Source: Planctomycetota bacterium
GTDB lineage: Bacteria > Planctomycetota > Planctomycetia > Gemmatales > Gemmataceae
Assembly (NCBI GenBank): GCA_037139885.1
Contig: JBAXFO010000001.1
Coordinates: forward strand, 1 to 29,732
Length of the DNA stretch: 29,732 nt
Reading direction: 5' to 3'
Part shown: positions 18,403 to 26,634 of the stretch, piece by piece
Layout of the letters: each line of letters opens with the position of its first letter
How positions within the stretch are numbered: the stretch's first letter is position 1
Notes under the pieces: model-generated
Database searches by the model: none
What the model was told of the DNA's origin: nothing
Seen by the model: the letters and a program-made list of their open reading frames with translations, nothing else
Program-made: the position numbers and the translations under genes

Positions 18403-19668
18403 TCACTTTGCTCGATACTTCGGGTGCCGATCCAGATACTTCGCGATGCGTTCTTTTCGGCCGATCGCGTCTTTCAAAAAGGCGACGGCGGCTTTGAGAC
18501 GGTCGTCGGGCTCGGCGCAGCTAAAGCGGAGGAAGCCCTGACCCGCGGGACCGAAGCATTCGCCGCCCAGGCAGGCGACGCCCTTCGCATCGTCGGCGGC
18601 TTCGAGCAAGAACATCGCCAGGCCATGCGAGGTGATGGCGAGGTCTTTGCAGATGGGGGCGACGTTCGGGAAGACGTAGAACGTGCCCGCCGGCATAATG
18701 ACCGTGACGCCGGGCACGCTCGACAGTTCGTTCACCAACAGTTCGACCTTCTTCTTGAACCGCTGCATCACTTCATCGCGCTCGGCGTCGTCGTTCTTCA
18801 GCGCGGCTTCGCCCGCGAGTTGCACGATGGGGGGAACGCAGGAAAGAGCCGTATTGGTCATCTTCCCGATCGCTTCGACGATGCGCGGGCTCGAGATCGC
18901 ATAGCCCAGCCGCCAGCCGGACATGCTGTACGATTTGCTGAACGTGTAACAGGCCACGGTTTGATCGAGGATGCCGTCGATCGCGAGCATGGGGACGTGT
19001 TTGCCCGACCAGACCATGTGGTTGTACGGCTCGTCGCTGAGGATCGCGATGTTCTTACCGAGAACAAGGTCGGCGAGTTGCCGCAGGTCTCTCTCGGTGG
19101 CGACGCCGCCGGTCGGATTGTGCGGCGAATTCAGGAAGATCGCCCGCGCCTTGGGCCGCTTCACGAACCTGGCGACATCGTCCATGTTCGGCCGAAACGC
19201 GGCTTCCTGTTTCAGATCCGACGTGACCAGCATCGCGCCGCGGCGTTGGATGTTGGGCAGATACGTCGGAAACTGCGGGCTGAAGCAGAGCACCTCATCG
19301 CCCGGATCGAGAAACGCTTCGCAGAAGAATTGCTCGAACACCTTCGCCCCCGGGCCGACGACGACATGCTCCGGCCCGATCTTGATGCCATATTCCTTGG
19401 CGTAATTGGCGGCGACCGCTTCGCGAAAACTCATCAGGCCCAGCGATGGGCAATAATGCGTTTGATTCGCGGCAATGGCGGCCGTGCCCGCTTTGAGGGC
19501 GCTGGCGGTGCTGTTGAACGGACTGTCGCCGATTTGCAGTTCGATGACGTCTTTGCCTTGAGCCTTGAGCTTCTTGGCGACGGCGAGGACGTCGAACGCG
19601 GTTTCGGTGGAAAGGCCCCGAGCGAACGAACTCAGGGAGACGGCGGTGGTGATGGTGTTTGTGCTCAT
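18403..19668 (-). CDS. PLP-dependent aminotransferase, class I/II (aspartate aminotransferase-like)
   Basis: VIELQIGDSPF, THYCPSLGL...REAVA, IFLNSPHNPTG, ILSDEPY, YTFSKSYSMSGWRLGY (PLP Lys), PAGTFYVF, GFLRFS. Confidence 0.92.
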   Translation of the reverse strand: MSTNTITTAVSLSSFARGLSTETAFDVLAVAKKLKAQGKDVIELQIGDSPFNSTASALKAGTAAIAANQTHYCPSLGLMSFREAVAANYAKEYGIKIGPEHVVVGPGAKVFEQFFCEAFLDPGDEVLCFSPQFPTYLPNIQRRGAMLVTSDLKQEAAFRPNMDDVARFVKRPKARAIFLNSPHNPTGGVATERDLRQLADLVLGKNIAILSDEPYNHMVWSGKHVPMLAIDGILDQTVACYTFSKSYSMSGWRLGYAISSPRIVEAIGKMTNTALSCVPPIVQLAGEAALKNDDAERDEVMQRFKKKVELLVNELSSVPGVTVIMPAGTFYVFPNVAPICKDLAITSHGLAMFLLEAADDAKGVACLGGECFGPAGQGFLRFSCAEPDDRLKAAVAFLKDAIGRKERIAKYLDRHPKYRAK

Positions 19669-19675
19669 GAGAATG

Positions 19676-19681
19676 AAGATA
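19676..19681 (-). promoter_or_regulatory. -10 box TATCTT, 7 nt before the aminotransferase ATG (leaderless-type)
   Basis: Minus strand reads TATCTT-cattctc-ATG; no SD. Confidence 0.45.
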
Positions 19682-19710
19682 CGCGAGTCGTCGGGTTCCG
19701 GCGAGATGCA

Positions 19711-19814
19711 CGTTCGCGGCTCCGTTCGCGGCTCTTCCGCAGGAGAGCGCTGGCGTGTGGTGACGGTTCAGTGAAGGCCACACGCCAACGCTCTCCTACG
19801 GAGAGCCGCGAACG
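19711..19814. repeat. GTTC-tagged REP doublet (REPIN-like), copy 3, with 12-bp tandem duplication at its left end
   Basis: Left arm GTTCGCGGCTCTTCCGCAGGAGAGCGC from 19724 (one extra T); right arm ends GAGAGCCGCGAAC at 19813. The stem extends inward as TGGCGTGTGG/CCACACGCCA. CGTTCGCGGCTC is repeated exactly at 19711-19722 and 19723-19734. Confidence 0.8.
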
Positions 19815-19874
19815 AAATTTTCTACGCCGCGCGCGCAGGGTGGGATAAGATCGTCGTATTCCAGTAGGCCCCCT

Positions 19875-22394
19875 ATGAACGACTCGGACGAAACTCTCGT
19901 GACCGACGCGCAGCGCGGCAACCGCCCCGCTCTTGAGGAACTCGTGCGCCGCACGTCGCGGCTCGTTTACGAACGCCTGTATCTGGAAACCGGCGACGCT
20001 CATCAGGCTGAAGACCTGACGCAGGAAACGTATCTCCAGGCCGTTCGCGCCCTCAAGACGCTGCAACGCCCGGGCCAGTTTCGTTCCTGGCTGTTCACGA
20101 TTGCGGATAATGTCTTAATCGATAGTATTCGCAGCCGACATCGGCAGAAGTGGGCCGAGCCGCCGCGTGCGCCGGCCGAGACGCTCAACGGCGTGGCCGC
20201 GATCGCGGCCACGAAGCAGGGCGTCGTTTCGACCACGAACAGCGAACAGCTCGCGAACGGCAAGATGCGCGGCACGGTCGTGGTGCGGATGCCGCCGGAG
20301 GAGTTGGACGATTTCGTGGCGGCGTTGCGGCGCGATCTCGGCAAGACGGGCGAGCTCAAGAAGCAGGACATTCGCAGTCAGGATGTCACCAAGGTTTATA
20401 CCGATATGGAAAGCGAATTGCGGGGTTTGCGCATCTCCGAAGAGCGCCTCATCGTCATGCTCAAAGACACCAAGGCGAAGCTTTCCGATCTGCTCGCCGT
20501 CGAAACGCAACTGGCGAAGACCCGCACCCGCATCGAGCAATTCGAGGGCGAGCTGCGTTATTACGCCAACCAGGCGGCCATGAGCACGCTCACGATTCAT
20601 CTGCGCGAGAAGCTGATTTTGACCGCGGCCGGGGTCGTCGAGAGCGAGCAGATTCAGGCCGGGGTCGAGGCCGAGGATGTTGAGAAGGCGTTCACCGACA
20701 TGAAGGCGGCCATCGCCGAACTCAAGGGGCGGATCATTCAGTCGGAACTCAAGCAGACATCGATTGGCCGCATTCAGGCGACCCTGCAATTCGAGGTGGC
20801 TCCCGAAGCAGCGGGGCCGATGCGCGATCGTTTGCGGCAGATCGGCACGGTGTCGCGGCTCGATATCGATCGTCTGCAAAACGTCGAAGGGGGGGGCACG
20901 GCGAGCCGCGAGTCGAAGATCAAACGGGGCGACACCAAGTTCATCGTCAACATCTTCGATCTTTCGAGCTACCAGCCGCGCGAGACGGTGAACGCGCGCA
21001 TCGTCGCCGAGGATGTGCCGGCGAGCTATCGCACGATTCGCGACCTGGTCGCCAAGGCGGGCGGTAAGCTTCTGAACACGTCGCTGCAAAACACCGATGT
21101 GCGCAATGTCGTCGCCAGCCTCGATTTTACCGTCCGCCGGGCCGACGAACCGACCGTGCAGACCGCCCTGGCCAAGGCGGGCGAGATTCTCACACGCCGC
21201 GTCGACCGCGCCGCCGAGACGGCGAACGTCACCGATTCGAAGGTTCGCTTCGTGATCCGCTTCGATTCCGTGACCAGCATCACGGCTCGCGAATCGAACA
21301 ACGTCACCCTGGCGGCTCTCGATGTGCCGGCGACCGACCGCGAGCTGCGTGCCGCCATCGCCAAGGTGAAGGGGTCGATCCGCAACGCTCATCTGCAAGA
21401 GACGACGAAAACCGACATCACCGCCACGCTCGATTTCGATGTCCTCCGCGAGCACGAAGCGGAAATCGCCCTGGCTCTCGACAAGGCGGGCGAGATCACC
21501 GCCCGCCGTCGCGATCGCCGGGCGGATTCCGAATCGGTGACCGACGCCAAGGTGAACTTTATCATTACGATGAGTTCCGTGGCCGCCCTGACGCCGCGCG
21601 AGACGGTGAACGTCACCCTCGCCGCGACCGATGTGCCGGCGTCGTTCGCCGCCTTACGCGATGTGGCGACGCGCAACGACGCCCAGGTGCAGACCGCGAA
21701 CCTGACCGAGAACAATCGCCGCGACATTTCCGCTCAGCTCGATTTCACAGCGCTGCGTTCGAAGGACGACGTCATCGCCGCCGCGCTCGCGGCCGCGGGG
21801 GAGCAACTCAATCGCCAGGTCGCCCGGCAAGAGAGCAGTTCGCAAGTGACGGACAAGAAGGTGCAATACCGGGTCAAGTTTGTGCCGACCGACGCGATCC
21901 CGCCGCGCGAGATCAACGCCTTCGAGGTGAAGGTCGACAATGTCGACGAACGGCTCAAATACTTCCAGGCGCGCGTCAAAGAAGTGCAGGGCCGCATCGT
22001 GGACGGTCCGAAGACCGGCAAACAGGCCAACGGCAAGACGATCGCCAGCTTCGTTTTCGATGTGCCGCTCGCGACCGCCGCGACGTTCATCGACGATTTG
22101 AACAAGTCCGGTTATGTCGCGGGGCGAAAGGAAATGAAGAACCCGCAGGCCCCCGAAGGCAAACTGGCGCTCGCCCGCTTCGATGTGATGATGTTCGATG
22201 CGGATTTGCTGCTGCCGCGCGACGAGGGCTTCATGTCGCAGCTTCGCAACTGGATTTCGATCAGTCTGCGGGGCTTGTCGATCGCGGTGAGCTTTGTGAT
22301 CGCGATCTTGTTGTTCCTGGCGCCGTGGGCGATCGTGACGTGGGCGGTGATGGCGATCGTGCGGCGCCGCCGAAGAATGGGGCAAAGGCCGTAG
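19875..22394 (+). CDS. In-frame chimera: ECF sigma-70 region 2 (no region 4) + DUF4349-like domain + tandem ~103-aa repeats + C-terminal TM
   Basis: Residues 1-~105: DETLVTDAQRGNRPALEELVRR...AEDLTQETYLQA...FRSWLFTIADNVLID (sigma-2). Then DUF4349-like VVVRMPPEELDDFV...SQDVTKVYTD...RL...LLAVETQL...RIEQFEGELRYY...MSTLTIHLRE. C-terminal hydrophobic helix followed by RRRRR. A TAAGAT hexamer lies at 19846-19851. Confidence 0.8.
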   Translation: MNDSDETLVTDAQRGNRPALEELVRRTSRLVYERLYLETGDAHQAEDLTQETYLQAVRALKTLQRPGQFRSWLFTIADNVLIDSIRSRHRQKWAEPPRAPAETLNGVAAIAATKQGVVSTTNSEQLANGKMRGTVVVRMPPEELDDFVAALRRDLGKTGELKKQDIRSQDVTKVYTDMESELRGLRISEERLIVMLKDTKAKLSDLLAVETQLAKTRTRIEQFEGELRYYANQAAMSTLTIHLREKLILTAAGVVESEQIQAGVEAEDVEKAFTDMKAAIAELKGRIIQSELKQTSIGRIQATLQFEVAPEAAGPMRDRLRQIGTVSRLDIDRLQNVEGGGTASRESKIKRGDTKFIVNIFDLSSYQPRETVNARIVAEDVPASYRTIRDLVAKAGGKLLNTSLQNTDVRNVVASLDFTVRRADEPTVQTALAKAGEILTRRVDRAAETANVTDSKVRFVIRFDSVTSITARESNNVTLAALDVPATDRELRAAIAKVKGSIRNAHLQETTKTDITATLDFDVLREHEAEIALALDKAGEITARRRDRRADSESVTDAKVNFIITMSSVAALTPRETVNVTLAATDVPASFAALRDVATRNDAQVQTANLTENNRRDISAQLDFTALRSKDDVIAAALAAAGEQLNRQVARQESSSQVTDKKVQYRVKFVPTDAIPPREINAFEVKVDNVDERLKYFQARVKEVQGRIVDGPKTGKQANGKTIASFVFDVPLATAATFIDDLNKSGYVAGRKEMKNPQAPEGKLALARFDVMMFDADLLLPRDEGFMSQLRNWISISLRGLSIAVSFVIAILLFLAPWAIVTWAVMAIVRRRRRMGQRP
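20192..20213. repeat. Perfect 22-bp palindrome at the sigma/DUF4349 junction
   Basis: CGTGGCCGCGA|TCGCGGCCACG is its own reverse complement. Confidence 0.9.
20976..22211 (+). repeat. Four tandem 103-aa (309-bp period) domain repeats inside the DUF4349 protein, plus a looser fifth unit from ~20640
   Basis: Unit starts PRETVN (20976), ARESNN (21285), PRETVN (21594) and PREINA (21903) are exactly 309 bp apart. Shared DVPA, A.LDF, L.KAGE and VTD.KV motifs. Confidence 0.85.
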
Positions 22395-22430
22395 GGCGGG
22401 CTTCGCCTGCTGGCTCAACCCAGCCTACGG
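22389..22430. repeat. GTAG-type REP-like hairpin between convergent genes
   Basis: CCGTAGGGCGGG ... CCCAGCCTACGG form imperfect inverted arms, each carrying GTAG; inner GGCGGGCTTCGCC hairpin. Overlaps the TAG stop of the chimera ORF. Confidence 0.55.
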
Positions 22431-22448
22431 GTTTCTGGATGATCCGGC

Positions 22449-25400
22449 TCAGGGGTCGACGCGGTTGATCTTCGCCTTGACGCCTTCGAGAAGGTCGCTG
22501 GCCTGGGTGAGCATGGTGGTTCGTTCGCTGTGCGAGAGGCCGGGATGGCCCGACTTCTTCAGCGAGCGTTCGTAATAATCGCGAGCTCGATTGTTTTCGC
22601 CCATGAGTTCGAAGGCGTAACCCATGTAGAGGTCGATGCGCGGATCGTTGGGGTAACGCTGGGCGGCCGCTTTGAAGGTTTCGAGCATTTCGCGCCCGTA
22701 TTCGGGCCTTTTGAGTTCGACGTAAACCGAGCCGAGGGTATTCAAGAATTCGACGGGGAGGCGTTCGGGCGGGCGCGTGTTATACGTCGGCGGGCCCGAT
22801 TTGAGCGAACCGAGCAAGACATCGCGAGCGCGGCTGGGCTGCTTGGAATGATGGGCCAACACATAGGCGAGATTGTTGGCGGCGAGGAGATTGTTCGGGT
22901 TGGCGACATTCAGGGATTCGAGCACGGCCTGCGCTTTGGCCCACGATTTCTGCTTAAGGTAAACTTCGGAGAGCAGTTCCTTGGCGGCGGTGGCGTTCAA
23001 ATAGGCTTTGGGGAGTGCTTGGAGTTGCGCTTCGGCGTCGGCCAGCGCGCCGCCGTTCAGGAAGCCGCGGGCCAGGATCATTTGCGACGTCCAGCGTGCG
23101 TTTTCGATGAGCTTATCGCGGGCGGCGGGATCCTTGACCGTTTGGACATTTTTGGCGGCCTGGGTCTGCACGTGCTGGACGAATTCTTGGGCGACTTCGC
23201 GGGCTTCTTTCAGTTGATCGGCATGGCTCAAACAGCGGATCTCGGCGGCGGCGGCTAGGGCGTCGTCCGGCAACTGCTTGCGCCAGGCTTTGGCCCATTT
23301 CAGAGCTTTGGCGGGTTCGCCTTGAACGTCGAGCATGGTCACAAGGTGCAGGTATGCGTCGCGATCGAACGGAGCGGTCGCCACAATCTGTTCGTAGAGA
23401 TCGGCGGCTTTGTTCCATTCTTGGGCGCTTTCGGCAGCCCGCGCCAGGATGCGTTTCGTGCGATTGGAGTTGGGCGCGAGGCGCTTGAGTTCGTCGAGAT
23501 ACTCGCGCAATTCGGCACGCGGTTCGCGAGCCGGGTCGTCGAGGATCATGGATGCGCAGGCGGCGAGGACGTCGACATTCTGCCGATCGACATTGAGAGC
23601 GCGCTGGAGTTGGCCCAACGCGAGATCGATGCGATTGGCCCGAAACCAAAATTCGCCGCGCGTCATGAGGGTGGCGGTGGGATTGATCATGCGGTTGCGA
23701 TCGATGTGGGCTTCCCAAACATTGAGGGCGGAGCCCATGTTGCGGCGTTGCTCCCAGTCGTCGTTGGGGGAGCCGATCTCGTCGCGAACGAGGAAGACGT
23801 ACGCATAGGAAAGCAGGACCGCCGGATCGTCGGGGAACGACGCAGTGATTTGCCTTATGGTGGTGAGGGCGAGTTCGGGGTTTTGATGGGCCAGGGCCAT
23901 CATGGAACGCAGCACGCCCTGTTCGGCGAGAGATTTGACGTTGGTGAAATCGAGAGTGTCGGCGAAGGCGGTGGCGGCCTTGGCGAAATCGCCGGTGGCG
24001 TAAATATCCTCGGCCTGCATCACGCGGGTGAGGCCGACGGTTTCGAAGCGAGTGAGGGCTCCGCGGATGTCCGCGCGTTGCTTCTCGCTGTTGAGGCTGA
24101 GATTGAACAGAGCTTTGTCGATTTGCGGATCGCGGGGCATGTGCCGGGCGATTTTGGCCGGGGAGTTGTCGGTGTTCAGCGTGAGCACGATGGCGGCGGC
24201 GACGCGGCGGAGTTCGGGGGTGATCGTGGTGGTGTCGACGATCTCTTTGAGATACTTCATGGCCTGATCGGGGCGGCGTGAATGGGCCAGCCAGGTGGCG
24301 TAGTAGAGGCGGGCCGATTGATTGTCCGGATACTCTTTGACAAACGACAGAATGAGGCGATCGATGTCCGCCAGCAACGCCTTGGCCCGCTCGGGACTTT
24401 CCGACTGGGCGGCCTCGCGCTCCATCAGGCCGACTTTGAGATTGAGAAGTTCGACGCGATCGGGGAACTCGCTGTGGAGTTTCTGCCAAAGCTCCTCGGC
24501 CTGGGCGCGGCGATCGGTGACGGATAAATGATAGATCCACGAGGTGCGGGCGATGAAGCCGGGCCCGGTGGCGGCGGAGGAGAGTTCCTGAGCGAGCAAG
24601 TTCTTCACGCGCAGCTCGTTCTCGCGGACGATCTCATCGGGGTAGCGTTTAGCGCGAGGATTCTTTACGAAATAGTTCGCGATGTTGCGGCGGGCGTTTT
24701 CGAGGCTGGCGATGACGGTGAGGGCGTAGTAATCTTGCGGGCTGCGCAGGAAGATCCCGAGCCATTCTTTTTCTTGCAGGGTGAGGTCGTTGTATTTCGC
24801 GTAAATGTGCTGAAGCTGGACGAGGCTGACGAGAGCGTCGTCGGGCCGGCCCAGAGCCATGTAGATGTTCGCCAGGCTCGCATGAGCGCGGACGTCTTCA
24901 TCGCCGTCGACGATCTTGATGGCCCGCAGCAGTTTCTCCTTGGCCTTCTCGAGCCGGCCTTCGCGTTCGTCGTACGCCGCTTCGATCACCAGGGCCGTGG
25001 CTTGCGCCTGCGGCACGCGCGTCTCCTGCAAGGCGGTCAAGAACGGCGTCACGGTCGCCCGGCTGTCGTTGTTGAAATAACAGATGTTGGCGGCGAGAAT
25101 GTTAAACGGCAACATCTGTAGGTGGAAATTGCCCGTCGCGTGCGTCTTGCTGTATTTGAGGCCGTCGTCGAGCCATTTCTGGGCCTCGACGCGCAGCTCC
25201 GCCGATTTCTTCGGGTCGCCGCCGCGCTTCACCTCGACCTGAGATTCCCGCATCAACAGTTCGGCGAACTGGGCCACGCGATACGGATCGCAGCGGTCCG
25301 CGTTGAATTGCTCTTTGAGTTGGGGACGCAGGAGTTCGATGCCGGCCTGCCATTCCTTCGGCTGATTGAGGGCGAGCAGCGTTTGCCCCTTGCACATCAA

Positions 25401-26510
25401 ATCGAGAAGGGCGCCGATCAACATCGGTTTGGGGAAGCTGGGGTCTTCCTTTTCGAACTTCTTACGGCAGAAAGCGAGCGTGTCTTCGTAGACGCGAGGC
25501 AACACGGAGGGGTCGATCCGCTTGCGGCGAATCTCGTCGAGAGCGACATCGGCGGCCATGGTGTGCAAACCGAGCACGCCTTCGACATCCCAGGAACTCA
25601 GCAGCTTCATGCCTTCGCCCTGGCGAATGCGGGCGATCGCGCCGTTGAGGTCGTCGAGCAGAATCTTGTCGAGTTCGTCGAGTTCGTCGAGGTATTCCTT
25701 CTCGCGAACGCCGGCGTAGCTCTTCATCAGCCAATGGTGAATGTTGGCGCGGAGAAACTCCGTGCGCCAGATCGGAAACTTGGGGTCGTCGCGCACTTCA
25801 TTGATGAGTTTGGCGGCGTTCTTGATGCGCTCGAGGCTGCGTTTTTCGGATAGAGTCGGACGATGCGTCGTCGGATCGGGTTGTTCGAAGTCGATCTTCG
25901 CGACCATATATTTCGCACGCGAATCGTCCGGTTTGATTTCGAGAATCGCTCGCGAATAGCGATCGACCTGATCCCAGGCAATCGGGTTCGACATGAGCGC
26001 CAGCCGCAGCGCATCGAGCTGGACATTGAAGTCCTTCGGGAGAAAGTGCGTCGCCGCTCCGCGCAAAAGGCCGGCGGCTTCGTTGCGGTCGTTGTCGTCG
26101 CGGATCGACATGATGCTGCGGAACTTCTCCCCCGTCACCGAATCGGTCGAGTCGGCGAGCGGCGTCCCCGCCGCGGCGGCGAGGGCGAAGTGCTTGTCGC
26201 GGATGGCTTTGGCTTTCAGGTAGAAAACTTTGCCCGCGGTCTCCTTGGCGACATCGAGCTCCAGGCCATGGGGGCCGTCGAGTCGCTTCTTCGCGTTCTC
26301 AAGCAGGACGCAAGCCTGATCGTATTTGACCGCGGCGTCTTTATGGTTTCCCTGCTGTTCGAGCGCTTTGGCTTCCTTGTCGTAGAGCCGCTCGGCCGCC
26401 TCAAGAGACGGAATGGGATTCCGCTCCTTGAAGACGAGAAAGCCGACATAACCGCACATGCCGGCAAGAGCCAGCAGCATCAACAAGCGAAACTTCGCTT
26501 TACCGCTCAT
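22449..26510 (-). CDS. Very large (1353 aa) membrane-anchored TPR/alpha-solenoid protein
   Basis: Basic N-terminus plus hydrophobic helix (FRLLMLLALAGMCGYVGFLVF), then mostly amphipathic helical repeats with TPR signatures (AADLYEQIVATAPFDRDAY, LAANNLAY, YPNDPRIDLYMGYAFELMGENNRARDYYE). TACAAT at 26572-26567 upstream. Confidence 0.85.
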   Translation of the reverse strand: MSGKAKFRLLMLLALAGMCGYVGFLVFKERNPIPSLEAAERLYDKEAKALEQQGNHKDAAVKYDQACVLLENAKKRLDGPHGLELDVAKETAGKVFYLKAKAIRDKHFALAAAAGTPLADSTDSVTGEKFRSIMSIRDDNDRNEAAGLLRGAATHFLPKDFNVQLDALRLALMSNPIAWDQVDRYSRAILEIKPDDSRAKYMVAKIDFEQPDPTTHRPTLSEKRSLERIKNAAKLINEVRDDPKFPIWRTEFLRANIHHWLMKSYAGVREKEYLDELDELDKILLDDLNGAIARIRQGEGMKLLSSWDVEGVLGLHTMAADVALDEIRRKRIDPSVLPRVYEDTLAFCRKKFEKEDPSFPKPMLIGALLDLMCKGQTLLALNQPKEWQAGIELLRPQLKEQFNADRCDPYRVAQFAELLMRESQVEVKRGGDPKKSAELRVEAQKWLDDGLKYSKTHATGNFHLQMLPFNILAANICYFNNDSRATVTPFLTALQETRVPQAQATALVIEAAYDEREGRLEKAKEKLLRAIKIVDGDEDVRAHASLANIYMALGRPDDALVSLVQLQHIYAKYNDLTLQEKEWLGIFLRSPQDYYALTVIASLENARRNIANYFVKNPRAKRYPDEIVRENELRVKNLLAQELSSAATGPGFIARTSWIYHLSVTDRRAQAEELWQKLHSEFPDRVELLNLKVGLMEREAAQSESPERAKALLADIDRLILSFVKEYPDNQSARLYYATWLAHSRRPDQAMKYLKEIVDTTTITPELRRVAAAIVLTLNTDNSPAKIARHMPRDPQIDKALFNLSLNSEKQRADIRGALTRFETVGLTRVMQAEDIYATGDFAKAATAFADTLDFTNVKSLAEQGVLRSMMALAHQNPELALTTIRQITASFPDDPAVLLSYAYVFLVRDEIGSPNDDWEQRRNMGSALNVWEAHIDRNRMINPTATLMTRGEFWFRANRIDLALGQLQRALNVDRQNVDVLAACASMILDDPAREPRAELREYLDELKRLAPNSNRTKRILARAAESAQEWNKAADLYEQIVATAPFDRDAYLHLVTMLDVQGEPAKALKWAKAWRKQLPDDALAAAAEIRCLSHADQLKEAREVAQEFVQHVQTQAAKNVQTVKDPAARDKLIENARWTSQMILARGFLNGGALADAEAQLQALPKAYLNATAAKELLSEVYLKQKSWAKAQAVLESLNVANPNNLLAANNLAYVLAHHSKQPSRARDVLLGSLKSGPPTYNTRPPERLPVEFLNTLGSVYVELKRPEYGREMLETFKAAAQRYPNDPRIDLYMGYAFELMGENNRARDYYERSLKKSGHPGLSHSERTTMLTQASDLLEGVKAKINRVDP

Positions 26511-26634
26511 GACGTGTTTCCGAACTGAAAAGGCGTCGTTCGACGACGGGGTTGGTCTGGTGATTCATTGTAAAACCCACTCCGTCCACGACGGAGAAGT
26601 TTCGATAAAGGTTTGCGGCGGGCCGGCATCGGCC

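Noticed and set aside
10595-19814. CRISPR interpretation of the recurring GGCTCTCCGCAGGAGAGCGC sequence
   Set aside because: Copies are kilobases apart and arranged as inverted pairs, not direct repeats with unique spacers. No cas genes are present.
20150-20683. Sigma-4 domain hidden in another frame (frameshifted intact sigma)
   Set aside because: Both alternative forward frames translate to Arg/Gly/Ser-rich sequence without the HTH sigma-4 pattern.
22449-22520. Short overlap or regulatory coupling between the chimera ORF and the large TPR gene
   Set aside because: The genes are simply convergent with a 54-bp gap holding the REP-like hairpin; there is no coding overlap.
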